DNA from: Cellvibrionaceae bacterium
GTDB lineage: Bacteria > Pseudomonadota > Gammaproteobacteria > Pseudomonadales > Cellvibrionaceae
NCBI GenBank assembly: GCA_050289485.1
Contig: JBNKFV010000029.1
Location: 21,810 to 61,809 of the forward strand
DNA: 40,000 nt
Direction: 5' to 3'
Shown: piece by piece, positions 15,739-23,969 of the stretch
Layout of the letters: the number at the start of each line of letters is the position of its first letter
Numbering within the stretch: position 1 is the first letter of the stretch
Made by a program: the position numbers and the translations under genes
Notes under the pieces: generated by a model
Database searches by the model: none
What the model was told of the DNA's origin: nothing
The model's input: only the letters and a program-made list of their open reading frames with translations

Positions 15739-16155
15739 CTACCACCGGAATTTACCCCAGTTCTCCGGATTCGCCCAATTTTTAGGGTTATTCCAAGTAC
15801 GCTTAAAATTATAGCTGGCTAAATTGTATTGGTAACTGTGCAATTTTTCGTGTTGTAACAGGGTGTTGTCGCGCTGAAACCCCAAACCGATCAGCTCGTT
15901 CGAGTGCCAGCAATCATCGGCTACCAACAACCATATTTGCGGAGACAGCAAATTACGAATGTATCCCAGCAGCTCTGCGCCTTCTCGCTTGGTCATATGC
16001 TCAAGGCTGTCAACAACCACAGCAAGGTCAAAGGTTTGGTTCAGATGCCGGGTTTCTTCTGGGGTGCACTGAGTGAGGCCAGCAGGCGCGTCCGGTAAGT
16101 TTACGGGCTGGCTTGTGCACAGCAGCCAAGAACCGGGGTTGACGGCATCAATCAA
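15739..16155 (-). CDS. Hypothetical protein (possible truncated methyltransferase-like fold)
   Basis: 138-aa ORF with a TTG start and a W/N-rich C-terminus (WNNPKNWANPENWGKFRW). I recognise no confident family. Confidence 0.45.
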   Translation of the reverse strand: MIDAVNPGSWLLCTSQPVNLPDAPAGLTQCTPEETRHLNQTFDLAVVVDSLEHMTKREGAELLGYIRNLLSPQIWLLVADDCWHSNELIGLGFQRDNTLLQHEKLHSYQYNLASYNFKRTWNNPKNWANPENWGKFRW

Positions 16156-16439
16156 CGTACTGAGAGCGCAAAGCAGCGACTTGTCGGAAGGCGATGTATT
16201 AATGGGATTACCTTTTTATAAACGGCTGTAAGTGTTTGTGAAGTCTAGCAAATACCGAGTAAATAGACAGGTGGTGTGTGCACTGCAACAATGCTCACAA
16301 AAATGAGGCCAATAAGGTACGTTTGGTATTGGGTAAGAATAGACAGAAAACCGAACCGCGAGCAATAACGCCTCCCGTTATCAAAACCATAATCAGCCTA
16401 AGCCTTGATGGCAGGGTGCTAGAATCATTTTTAGATAAC

Positions 16440-16974
16440 CTGTTTTTTATACACATATTTTTAAGGTGCAAAAAACGTGCTCATTTCTACCAAAATGGCG
16501 CCTGAAGTTTGCTCAATTTTTCGATTAGTGCTAAAAAGTAATCCTTACCTTTCAATGGGTTACCCAAACCCTTGCCCGAAATAGTGCGCAAAGGGAACCA
16601 GAAAAACGCGCACGCTCGTTTTTCCAGAACGAAGGAAATAGAAAACAAAGAAAGCCACCGCTGGATACAACATTAGTTGGCGTTTGCACACAATCACCAT
16701 GTTGACGCGACGGTTTCCGGACCGGCCTTGTACGGACGCGTTTTCAGACAAGGAGTGGACGATTCTTTGGCGAATAAAAAAGAAAGCATCCCCGCCGGCT
16801 ACTCCGCCCGGTTTACGCGAAGTTACGCGTATGTTGGCCGAGCTTGGAGGCTTTTTAGCGCGTAAGGGCGATGGTGAGCCTGGCGTCAAAACGATCTGGC
16901 AAGGGTATGATAAGCTGTTACATTATATTGAGGCTGCGGATATCTTGGGGTATAAAAATATGTATAAAACAGAG
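16440..16974 (+). mobile_element. Internally deleted IS4-family (Tn5/IS50-like) element with both terminal inverted repeats
   Basis: Left IR is CTGTTTTTTATACACATAT (16440-16458). Right IR (reverse complement of 16956-16974) is CTCTGTTTTATACATATTT. Both resemble the Tn5 end CTGTCTCTTATACACATCT. Only about 535 bp lie between the ends. The flanking 9-mers (TTAGATAAC and TGCGGGCGT) differ, so there is no target duplication. Confidence 0.7.
16684..16974 (+). pseudogene. C-terminal remnant of a Tn5-like IS4-family transposase
   Basis: The translation PDRPCTDAFSDKEWTILW...PPGLREVTRMLAELGGFLARKGDGEPGVKTIWQGYDKLLHY matches the conserved C-terminal roughly 90 aa of IS4/Tn5-type transposases. The N-terminal roughly 350 aa, including the DDE region, are absent. 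Confidence 0.75.
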
Positions 16975-16994
16975 TGCGGGCGTTACATGTGCGA

Positions 16995-17669
16995 ATGAAA
17001 ATCATCTTACTTCCTGGGCTTGATGGTACGGGGGCGCTTTTCGATGCCTTAGTAAATAACTTACGAGAAGGCGTTGATACGGAGGTTTTGACCTATGAAA
17101 AAATTGATAGTCTTACGTACACTGATCAGGCAGAGGAAATAGGTCATAGAATAAAAGATACGGATGTTGTCTTGGTCGGAGAATCCTATTCAGGACGAGT
17201 AGTCTACGAGCTGAACCAAATTTTGGGGGAAAGAGTGAAAGCAGTTGTATTTATAGCTAGTTTTATTTCGTGTCCGTCAAAGGTAGCTAAGCTTGCTGGT
17301 TACATTCCTATTGGGCTATTAAAGCCAAATTTTATTAACAAAAGCCTGTTAAATATATTCGGGTTTAATCGTCAAGCAACACCTACACTAATTGATAGTG
17401 TGTTTTCCTCTATAAGTTCGGCTAATAAACAAAAATTAAAAGCTAGGCTGAAAAATATTTCAGGCCTTACTAAATCGCAAGTAAAGATATATAGTCCAGT
17501 AACTTATATACGTCCAAACCGTGACCTACTAGTAGGTCGTGGCTCGGTAGAACATATTAAGTCTTTATGCGTTAATTTCAAAGAAGTTACGGTATCTGGC
17601 GGTCATTTTATAGCTCAATCGGAGCCAGAAGAATGTGCAAAGGTAATTTTAAATGCAGCAAGCATGTAA
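16995..17669 (+). CDS. Alpha/beta-hydrolase fold protein (cassette 1)
   Basis: MKIILLPGLDGTG N-terminus and the nucleophile-elbow-like VLVGESYSGRV. The ATG at 16995 overlaps the read-through stop of the transposase remnant. The gene is visibly AT-richer than its surroundings. Confidence 0.75.
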   Translation: MKIILLPGLDGTGALFDALVNNLREGVDTEVLTYEKIDSLTYTDQAEEIGHRIKDTDVVLVGESYSGRVVYELNQILGERVKAVVFIASFISCPSKVAKLAGYIPIGLLKPNFINKSLLNIFGFNRQATPTLIDSVFSSISSANKQKLKARLKNISGLTKSQVKIYSPVTYIRPNRDLLVGRGSVEHIKSLCVNFKEVTVSGGHFIAQSEPEECAKVILNAASM

Positions 17670-17756
17670 CAAAACAATCAACCGGACTCCGCTAAGCGTG
17701 GTTCGCTTCGCTCACAATACCACGCTTAGCTACGCTCGGTTATTGTGGCGTTAAGT
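17664..17756 (+). repeat. attC-like recombination site 1
   Basis: It starts at the stop codon (TGTAACAAAAC) and ends in GTTAAGT, which fits the GTTRRRY core. The outer arms ACAATCAACCG / CGGTTATTGT pair with one unpaired base. The inner arms GCTAAGCGTGGT / ACCACGCTTAGC (17691-17702 / 17719-17730) are a perfect 12 bp. Confidence 0.6.
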
Positions 17757-17774
17757 GTTTTCAGGGAGGAAACT

Positions 17775-18272
17775 GTGAGTAAGTATCAAATTGCCCAGCT
17801 CAACATTGCCACACTAATGGCTCCAATCGATTCGCCTCAGCTTTCAGATTTCGTCGCGAATCTGGAGAGGATTAACGCGTTGGCTGAGGACTCGCCTGGT
17901 TTCGTCTGGCGCTTGCAAACCGACGAAGGTGATGCCACCGGCATTGATTATTTTGGCTCCGATAAGATCGTGAATCTTTCTCTCTGGGATTCGGTCGAGG
18001 CTTTGCATAATTACGTTTATCGGTCTGCCCACGTCGAGATCATGCGTCGCAAGAAGGAGTGGTTCCACAAAATGGGAGAGGCATACATGGTTCTTTGGTG
18101 GGTGCCTGCCGGTCACATTCCCTCAGTCGAAGAAGCGGCGCAAAAGCTAATCATCCTGCGAGAGCACGGACCAACCGCCGAAGCTTTCACGTTCAAAAAA
18201 GCCTTCTCAGCTCCCAGTGAATTCGACGGTGTGCCAAACGATACTTTGGGTGGTGAATGTCCCGCCACTTAA
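17775..18272 (+). CDS. DUF3291-family protein (cassette 2)
   Basis: GTG at 17775 is preceded by GGGAGG. The sequence SKYQIAQLNIATLMAPIDSPQLSDFVANLERINALAEDSPGFVWRLQ matches my memory of the DUF3291 family. Confidence 0.75.
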   Translation: MSKYQIAQLNIATLMAPIDSPQLSDFVANLERINALAEDSPGFVWRLQTDEGDATGIDYFGSDKIVNLSLWDSVEALHNYVYRSAHVEIMRRKKEWFHKMGEAYMVLWWVPAGHIPSVEEAAQKLIILREHGPTAEAFTFKKAFSAPSEFDGVPNDTLGGECPAT

Positions 18273-18346
18273 CAAATCAATTAAGTTCGTTCCGGCCTAC
18301 GGCCTCCACCGGACGGCCCTGTCGGGCCGCCGCTTATTTTCGGCGT
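18268..18346 (+). repeat. attC-like / terminator-like structured element 2, interrupted at its 3' side by the intron
   Basis: It begins ACTTAACAAATC, where ACTTAAC is a perfect RYYYAAC. It contains the hairpin CGGACGGCCC-tgtc-GGGCCGCCG followed by CTTATTTT. A possible displaced core, ATTAGGC, lies at 19788-19794 just after the intron. The assignment as attC is uncertain. Confidence 0.35.
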
Positions 18347-19783
18347 GTGTGCCAGACATGGCATTTAACTAGAGAGGTGCAAGTCCTCTTACCAGGTATT
18401 CGCAGAGCCGAAGGTTAGCCAAAGGGCAAGGTTATTGCCGCGAGGTAATGGCTGAACCGAATCAAACCTCCTTGTTAATGCAACGTATCGTAGAAAGGAC
18501 AAACCTACAACGAGCATTAAAACAAGTTCAACGCAATAAAGGCGCCCCCGGTGTTGACGGTATGACGGTAAGCCAATTACCGAACTACCTAAAACAACAC
18601 TGGCCGCAACTGCGCGAGCAACTGGTTACGGGACGATACAAACCGCAACCGGTGAAACGCGTAGAAATTCCTAAAGCCAACGGCAAAATGCGTAAACTCG
18701 GGATACCTGCTGTGGTAGATCGATTTATACAGCAAGCCATCGCACAAGTACTCAGCGGGCACTGGGAAACCGTATTCCACCCGAACAGCTTTGGGTTTCA
18801 TCCCAACAAATCAGCACACCAAGCGATTCGAAGCGTGCAGCACTTTGCACGAGACGGGTATCGCATCGTGGTTGATCTGGATCTGGCGAGCTTCTTTGAC
18901 GAAGTGAACCACGATCGTTTAATGGCGACGCTCAAACGCACACACCCGGAAAACGATGTTCTACGGTTAATCAACCGTTACCTGAAAGCGCCAGTGCAAA
19001 TGCGCGATCAGAACGTAGCATCAACAAAAGGTGTCCCACAAGGTGGACCGCTATCCCCGTTGCTTGCCAATATTGTGCTTAACGAACTGGACTGGGAATT
19101 AGAGCAGCGACAGCTACGATTCGCACGCTACGCCGATGACTGCCAAATACTGGTGGGTAGTTATCGCGCTGGCGAACGTATCATGGCAAGCCTGACGCGC
19201 TTTATCGAGAAAACACTGAAGCTCAAAGTGAACGACGAGAAAAGCGCGGTGGCGGCGGTACATAAGCGAAACTTTCTGGGTTTTACGCTGGCCCGCAAGG
19301 ATAAGCGGATAAAAGTCAGCAAACAATCCCTCGCGAAATTGAAGGCAACGGTGCGTACTGTCACCCGCCGAACACGAGGCCATTCGTTTCAACACATCCT
19401 TGACGAGTTAAAGAAAAGCCTGCTTGGTTGGAAAGCGTACTTTGACATCAGCGAAGTACTGAGCCCTCTGAAAGATATGGACAAATGGATTCGGCGTAAA
19501 TTGCGGTGCTATCTATGGAAGCAGTGGGGAAGATCGGGCTATCGACGTTTAAGACGGTTAGGTGTTGATAGGCTGCTGGCCTGGAACACGGCTAAATCGG
19601 CCCACGGTCCTTGGCGTCTGAGCAAAAGCCCCGCGCTTTACTACGCGCTACCAAACAGATACTTTAGGAACTTGGGGCTGCCTGAATTGGCGACAAGGAC
19701 AAATTGATGATTTGAACCGCCGTGGTACGTGACCCGTATGCCCGGTGATGTGGGAGGAGAGGTGTCGTGAGGTGCCTCCCTAT
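18347..19783 (+). mobile_element. Group IIC intron (apparently with a truncated 5' ribozyme portion)
   Basis: The 5' end GUGUGCCAGACAUGG...GGUGCAAGUCC resembles the Oceanobacillus iheyensis IIC intron 5' end (GUGUGCCCGGCAUGG...GGUGAGAGUCC, recalled from memory). The 3' end GAACCGCCGUGGUACGUGACCCGUAUGCCCGGUGAUGUG is domain V-like with a CGC triad. It is followed by the domain VI hairpin GGGAGG..CCUCCCUAU. The element encloses an RT/maturase ORF. Confidence 0.75.
18448..19707 (+). CDS. Group II intron reverse transcriptase/maturase (no endonuclease domain)
   Basis: RT blocks: RNKGAPGVDGMT, RKLGIPAVVDRFIQQA, SFGFHPNKSAHQA, DLDLASFFDEVNHD, GVPQGGPLSPLLANIVLNELD, RYADDCQILV. The maturase X region is LLGWKAYFDIS..WIRRKLRCYLWKQW. 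The 419-aa size fits class C. Confidence 0.92.
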   Translation: MAEPNQTSLLMQRIVERTNLQRALKQVQRNKGAPGVDGMTVSQLPNYLKQHWPQLREQLVTGRYKPQPVKRVEIPKANGKMRKLGIPAVVDRFIQQAIAQVLSGHWETVFHPNSFGFHPNKSAHQAIRSVQHFARDGYRIVVDLDLASFFDEVNHDRLMATLKRTHPENDVLRLINRYLKAPVQMRDQNVASTKGVPQGGPLSPLLANIVLNELDWELEQRQLRFARYADDCQILVGSYRAGERIMASLTRFIEKTLKLKVNDEKSAVAAVHKRNFLGFTLARKDKRIKVSKQSLAKLKATVRTVTRRTRGHSFQHILDELKKSLLGWKAYFDISEVLSPLKDMDKWIRRKLRCYLWKQWGRSGYRRLRRLGVDRLLAWNTAKSAHGPWRLSKSPALYYALPNRYFRNLGLPELATRTN

Positions 19784-19813
19784 CCCGATTAGGCAGACAA
19801 AAGGAGAATCAGG

Positions 19814-20215
19814 ATGGCTTTGCCAATCACTTCATTACTAACGGGCATCTTTATGTTACTTATGGTGCCTTTGAGTCTTCAAATCTCGATAAGCCGCGCA
19901 GAGATCGGCGGTATGTCTGGTGGTCTCACATTTGGCGATGGTGGGGATGAATCTCTGCGCCGCAAGATCAGGGCACATGGCAATTTCATCGAGTACGCTC
20001 CCGCGGCACTTATTGCACTCGGTCTCGTTGAATACGGCGGAGGAGAGAAAACTCTCGTGATCGGTTTTGCTGGTGCTTTCCTTATCAGTAGGCTGATGCA
20101 TGCAGGTGGAATGCTCTACACCTCCACACCGCTCCTTCGTGGTATAGGCATGCTCATACAGCACGTCGCTTTTATTATCGCTGGCGGTTGGCTTGTACAG
20201 CAAGTGGCTGCGTAA
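19814..20215 (+). CDS. MAPEG-family inner membrane protein (YecN-like; cassette 3)
   Basis: FGDGGDESLRRKIRAHGNFIEYAPAALIALGLVEYGG closely parallels E. coli YecN (YGDGGFSELQSAIRIHGNAVEYIPIAI..., from memory). An AGGAG SD lies 8 nt upstream. Confidence 0.75.
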   Translation: MALPITSLLTGIFMLLMVPLSLQISISRAEIGGMSGGLTFGDGGDESLRRKIRAHGNFIEYAPAALIALGLVEYGGGEKTLVIGFAGAFLISRLMHAGGMLYTSTPLLRGIGMLIQHVAFIIAGGWLVQQVAA

Positions 20216-20295
20216 CAAAGCCAAGCACAATTCATGTTAAAAACACGCATGGGCTGGGCCTCGCTGACGCTCGGCATGTGTTGGCTGTGTTAGGC
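20210..20295 (+). repeat. attC-like recombination site 3
   Basis: TAACAAAGCCAAGCACAATTCATG pairs with CATGTGTTGGCTGTGTTAGGC, leaving unpaired G and ATT bases in the way attC extrahelical bases do. It ends in GTTAGGC, a perfect GTTRRRY, at 20289-20295. Confidence 0.55.
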
Positions 20296-20309
20296 TTTAC
20301 CGATGTTTG

Positions 20310-20340
20310 AAAAACCATACCACTTGTGTGGTATGGTTTT
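20310..20340. terminator. Bidirectional rho-independent terminator
   Basis: AAAAA-CCATACCAC-ttgt-GTGGTATGG-TTTT. It sits between the cassette array (+) and the esterase gene (-). Confidence 0.8.
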
Positions 20341-20356
20341 CGATGAGGCGGTTGAT

Positions 20357-22261
20357 TTACAACTTTTTGATCTGAAATGGCAGTGCTGGCAAACCTGCGT
20401 CGTTATATAGATTGATAAGGGGGAAGTCGGCCCAGGCATATTTCAGCGCAGAAGGATGCGTTACTTTATCGCTCCAGACCTGAACGGTTTTACCCGTAAT
20501 CTTGGCCTTGGCAACATGGAAAATTCCATCTGGTCCGGCAATGATAAAGCCTCTTACCATAGTGCCTTCCTTGAGTTTCAGTTGCTTGCCAGCGTGGTCA
20601 AATGTTACAGAGACAACCTTGCCCCTAATGCTATGTGACCGATATGTGGGCCCCTGGCTTGAAACCTTTTCGTGAAAGCTGACTCGCCGGGCTTCGCCCC
20701 AAAGCCTTGCCGCGACATCCTGTTTGTTAAGCGGATGGATATTGTCCTGCTCACCAATATCAATGGCAGTAGCCATACCAGTCTCGGGTAGCGACAGTGC
20801 CTGGGCCTGCATATCCCGCAACAGCGCCCATTGGCTGTCAGGCTGTAAATCCTGGGCCTGTAAAAAGCCTGCCAGTTGAACGAATAAAAAGCTGAAGTTG
20901 TCCCGCCATTGTGTACGCCAGTCCTGGATCAGCATCGTGAATAAATCACCGTATTGAGCTGCTTGCCCAGTGTTGCTTTCGCCCTGGTACCAAATAACAC
21001 CGCGTAAACCGTAACCCTGTATAGGACGAATCATGGCGTTATATAAAAAGGAAGGTGTCCATTCAAAGCGCGTCGTTTCAGGCAGGGGCGGTTCTACTGT
21101 ATTGTTGTATAGCCAGTCGTCACTCAAATCAATTTTTTGGTCGCCAGTTTGCAGATATACCTTCCCTTCTATCCCTGCCGAGGGTTGGTTGTCCCAGGAG
21201 TCCCCAACGCGAATGGTTATCAGGTTTTGGCCTTTCTTTAATATGCCTGGTGCAAGAACATGGCGTGAGCCATGTGTCTTCCAGTCTTCCTGAGCAATCA
21301 GCTTTTCGTTAACCCAGATGAACGCTTCCTGCGAGAGATCACCAAATTCCAATATGGCTTCGTCTTTGTTGGCTGAATCGAGAGTAACTTCACGCCGTAA
21401 CCAGGCCTCGTCATCAAATGTTGTAGTGTTTGGCAGACGTTGTTTGGTCCAACCGTCCACGGGATAGTCAAAGCGGTAAGCCCCCGTCTTAAGTGCATCT
21501 TCTTTACTATTCAAGCGGCGATAGAATTCTTCTGCATTCTTGTCGTTTTCAGCAAGTAAAGTAGGCCAGTCGATATCACCTTTGTACAGTTGTTCTGTTT
21601 TTTCTCGGTAGGCGGGAAGTTTGAGTAATGCGCCTTTACTGAGCCAGGCTTCAGCCGGTGTGCCACCCCAGTTGTCATCGATTATGCCGACTGCGACGCC
21701 TTTTTCCTGATGGTTTTTTAGCGCAAACAGATAGGCTATGGCTGAAAAGTTAGCGGCGCTTTCGGGTGTCGCCTGCAACCAATTTCCATCAGAGAGATCT
21801 TGTTTTGGGGTTTCTGAAATTTTATTTTCAACTTCGAAAAAACGAATTAGCGGATAGTTGGCCTGTTTGATAATTTGATCTGAATGGTTAATTCCCCAGC
21901 CGAGTTTTAACTCCATGTTAGATTGGCCACCCGCTAGCCAGACATCACCAAAATAAACGTCATTTATCGTAGCCTTGCCATCACCATTGAGTTCCAATGT
22001 GTAGGGTCCGCTGGCTTTTTGTGGGGCTATTTCTATACGCCACTTACCCGTGCCATCACTTTTTCCAGAGAAGGTATGTTTGTTAAATGTCAGAGAGATG
22101 GCTTTGTCAGGTGTAGACCAGCCCCAAATCTCTACGGTCTTGTCTCGCTGCAATACCATGTGGTCAGAAAATATTTTCGCTGGTTGTATATCCGCTCGAG
22201 ATATACAGGCAAAGGGGATAAGAAGAGCACCCAAAATATACCGTTGAAAATGCACGCGCAC
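20357..22261 (-). CDS. Secreted sialate-O-acetylesterase-like (SASA/DUF303) carbohydrate acetylesterase
   Basis: GTG start with an AAGGAG SD. Signal peptide ILGALLIPFACISRA. SASA-type motif GDVWLAGGQSNME and the later GVIWYQGESN. Confidence 0.8.
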   Translation of the reverse strand: MRVHFQRYILGALLIPFACISRADIQPAKIFSDHMVLQRDKTVEIWGWSTPDKAISLTFNKHTFSGKSDGTGKWRIEIAPQKASGPYTLELNGDGKATINDVYFGDVWLAGGQSNMELKLGWGINHSDQIIKQANYPLIRFFEVENKISETPKQDLSDGNWLQATPESAANFSAIAYLFALKNHQEKGVAVGIIDDNWGGTPAEAWLSKGALLKLPAYREKTEQLYKGDIDWPTLLAENDKNAEEFYRRLNSKEDALKTGAYRFDYPVDGWTKQRLPNTTTFDDEAWLRREVTLDSANKDEAILEFGDLSQEAFIWVNEKLIAQEDWKTHGSRHVLAPGILKKGQNLITIRVGDSWDNQPSAGIEGKVYLQTGDQKIDLSDDWLYNNTVEPPLPETTRFEWTPSFLYNAMIRPIQGYGLRGVIWYQGESNTGQAAQYGDLFTMLIQDWRTQWRDNFSFLFVQLAGFLQAQDLQPDSQWALLRDMQAQALSLPETGMATAIDIGEQDNIHPLNKQDVAARLWGEARRVSFHEKVSSQGPTYRSHSIRGKVVSVTFDHAGKQLKLKEGTMVRGFIIAGPDGIFHVAKAKITGKTVQVWSDKVTHPSALKYAWADFPLINLYNDAGLPALPFQIKKL

Positions 22262-22310
22262 GTTGATACTCCTTGGTGAATGGTGGTTGGTGGAAGTTGT
22301 TTATATTCAG

Positions 22311-23924
22311 TTAAGCGAGTTCGGGTAAATGTTCCGTGCTCCTTGCCTGGCGCCGTTTGATCAGCTCCTGCTCTATGTGATTCATCCTCGATTCATTCAA
22401 TGGGTAAATCATCATTATAACGGCGGCACCGAAGGCAAAGCCTGCCGGGATCCAGCTCATGAGTAGTTTTAAGCCGGGAAGTGCCTGGATTGCTGTTGCT
22501 GGACTGCCGCCGTCATAACCGTAGGAAGCCAGCACCAGTAAAATTAATGCACCGCCAAAACCGCCGCCGGTTTTATTGATAAATGTGCCCGCGGAAAAAA
22601 AGAGTCCAGTTGCCCGGCGCTGGTTTTTCCACTCTGAAAAATCTGCCGCATCACTGAGCATGCTGAAGAATAATACTGGCATGATTGCGGCAAAAATTTC
22701 AGAAATACAGCCTAAAGAAAAAAGTAATGAGACCTGTTGTCGGTCGACGAGTGACAGGCATCCTGTGAATATTCCCCCTAAAAAAAGAGATGCGATGAAA
22801 AGGTTTTTCTTGCCAAATATTTTTACCAGGCATCCGGTAAATAACGCCGTAATCATTGAAACAATGAGTAAGGCTATAAAATAAAGCCCGGTTAACGTGT
22901 TGTTATCTATGGGAATGTCAAACCATAGGAATTTGAAATTCCACGGTTCAATTTGAATGAAATATTTGAAATAGTAAGCGATAGATCCTTGCTTTATGCC
23001 ATTAAACATCATAAACAGAAAGCCAATGGATAGCAGTACCCACCAGGGTTTGCTGGTAATTAAATCACGTATGTCGTGCTGCGTTCTGCCCAGCTCTGTT
23101 GCTGGCTTTTGTATTAGATGACGCGCAGAAAAAATAGTAATGCTTATTGCCGCTATAAAGAATAAGCCAGAATATATTTCGCGGTAGTAAAAAAATAACG
23201 TGATGGCTGAGAGCGGAAGTAAAATGAATAGAAGATTTAAGCACAGGTCTTTAAGATCATCGCCTAAACTCGTTTTTTCTAAGCGCTGAGGGATTACGCG
23301 TTCTTTTGTTGTAAAAAAAGTTATCAATAGAAGCGAGACCAAAAGGGCGGCAAACAAGTACATAGTATGTTGATAACCGACCTGCTCGTTACCTTCGCCA
23401 AAATACTCGACCAGCTTTGGTAGAAAGCCAGTAATTAATGCGCCGCCCATAAATGCACCAAAAAATCTCCAGCCAGATAATATGCTGCGTTCAGAATGGC
23501 TGGATGTCATGACACCCATTAACGCGGAGTAGGGAACATTATTGATGGTGTATGAAAGTGTTAATCCGATGTAAGTCGCGTAGGCCCATATTAACTTTCC
23601 CGTTTGGCCTAATTGCGGAGTGGAAAAGCTCAAGATCATAAACAGACCCAGGAGTGGCGCCGAGAATAATATCCAGGGGCGAAACTTGCCCCAACGGGTA
23701 TGGGTTCGATCGGCGATCATACCCATAATAATGTCGGTAATTCCGTCGGAAAGCCGTACCAGCAAAATTAATAATGACGCAGCGATCGCAGAAATTCCTA
23801 GCACGTCGGTGTAAAAAACAGCCAGGTAGGCCAGGGCGCCGCGCCATACTAGGTTGGCAGCTGCATCACCCATGGCATAGCCGAGCTTTTCCGTCATTGG
23901 GAGCTTTTGGTTGGTTTCGTTCAT
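22311..23924 (-). CDS. Glycoside-pentoside-hexuronide (GPH) family cation symporter
   Basis: The N-terminus EKLGYAMGDAAANLVWRGALAYLAVFYTDVLGISA is typical of MelB/XynP-type GPH transporters. The protein is polytopic and hydrophobic throughout. Confidence 0.85.
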   Translation of the reverse strand: MNETNQKLPMTEKLGYAMGDAAANLVWRGALAYLAVFYTDVLGISAIAASLLILLVRLSDGITDIIMGMIADRTHTRWGKFRPWILFSAPLLGLFMILSFSTPQLGQTGKLIWAYATYIGLTLSYTINNVPYSALMGVMTSSHSERSILSGWRFFGAFMGGALITGFLPKLVEYFGEGNEQVGYQHTMYLFAALLVSLLLITFFTTKERVIPQRLEKTSLGDDLKDLCLNLLFILLPLSAITLFFYYREIYSGLFFIAAISITIFSARHLIQKPATELGRTQHDIRDLITSKPWWVLLSIGFLFMMFNGIKQGSIAYYFKYFIQIEPWNFKFLWFDIPIDNNTLTGLYFIALLIVSMITALFTGCLVKIFGKKNLFIASLFLGGIFTGCLSLVDRQQVSLLFSLGCISEIFAAIMPVLFFSMLSDAADFSEWKNQRRATGLFFSAGTFINKTGGGFGGALILLVLASYGYDGGSPATAIQALPGLKLLMSWIPAGFAFGAAVIMMIYPLNESRMNHIEQELIKRRQARSTEHLPELA

Positions 23925-23969
23925 GACTATCTCAAGAGTTAAGGGTGAAACACTGAATACGAGTAAACA

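Noticed and set aside
16278-16505. 75-aa ORF upstream of the transposase remnant.
   Set aside because: It reads straight across the IS left inverted repeat (16440-16458). It has a GTG start without an SD and no recognisable similarity to any protein family, so it is probably non-coding.
18374-18392. AGAGAGGTGCAAGTCCTCT resembles the GGTGCAAATCC segment of cobalamin riboswitches.
   Set aside because: No B12 box (GCCACTG) or other cobalamin core elements are nearby. The segment aligns instead with the early domain I hairpin (GGUGAGAGUCCC) of group IIC introns.
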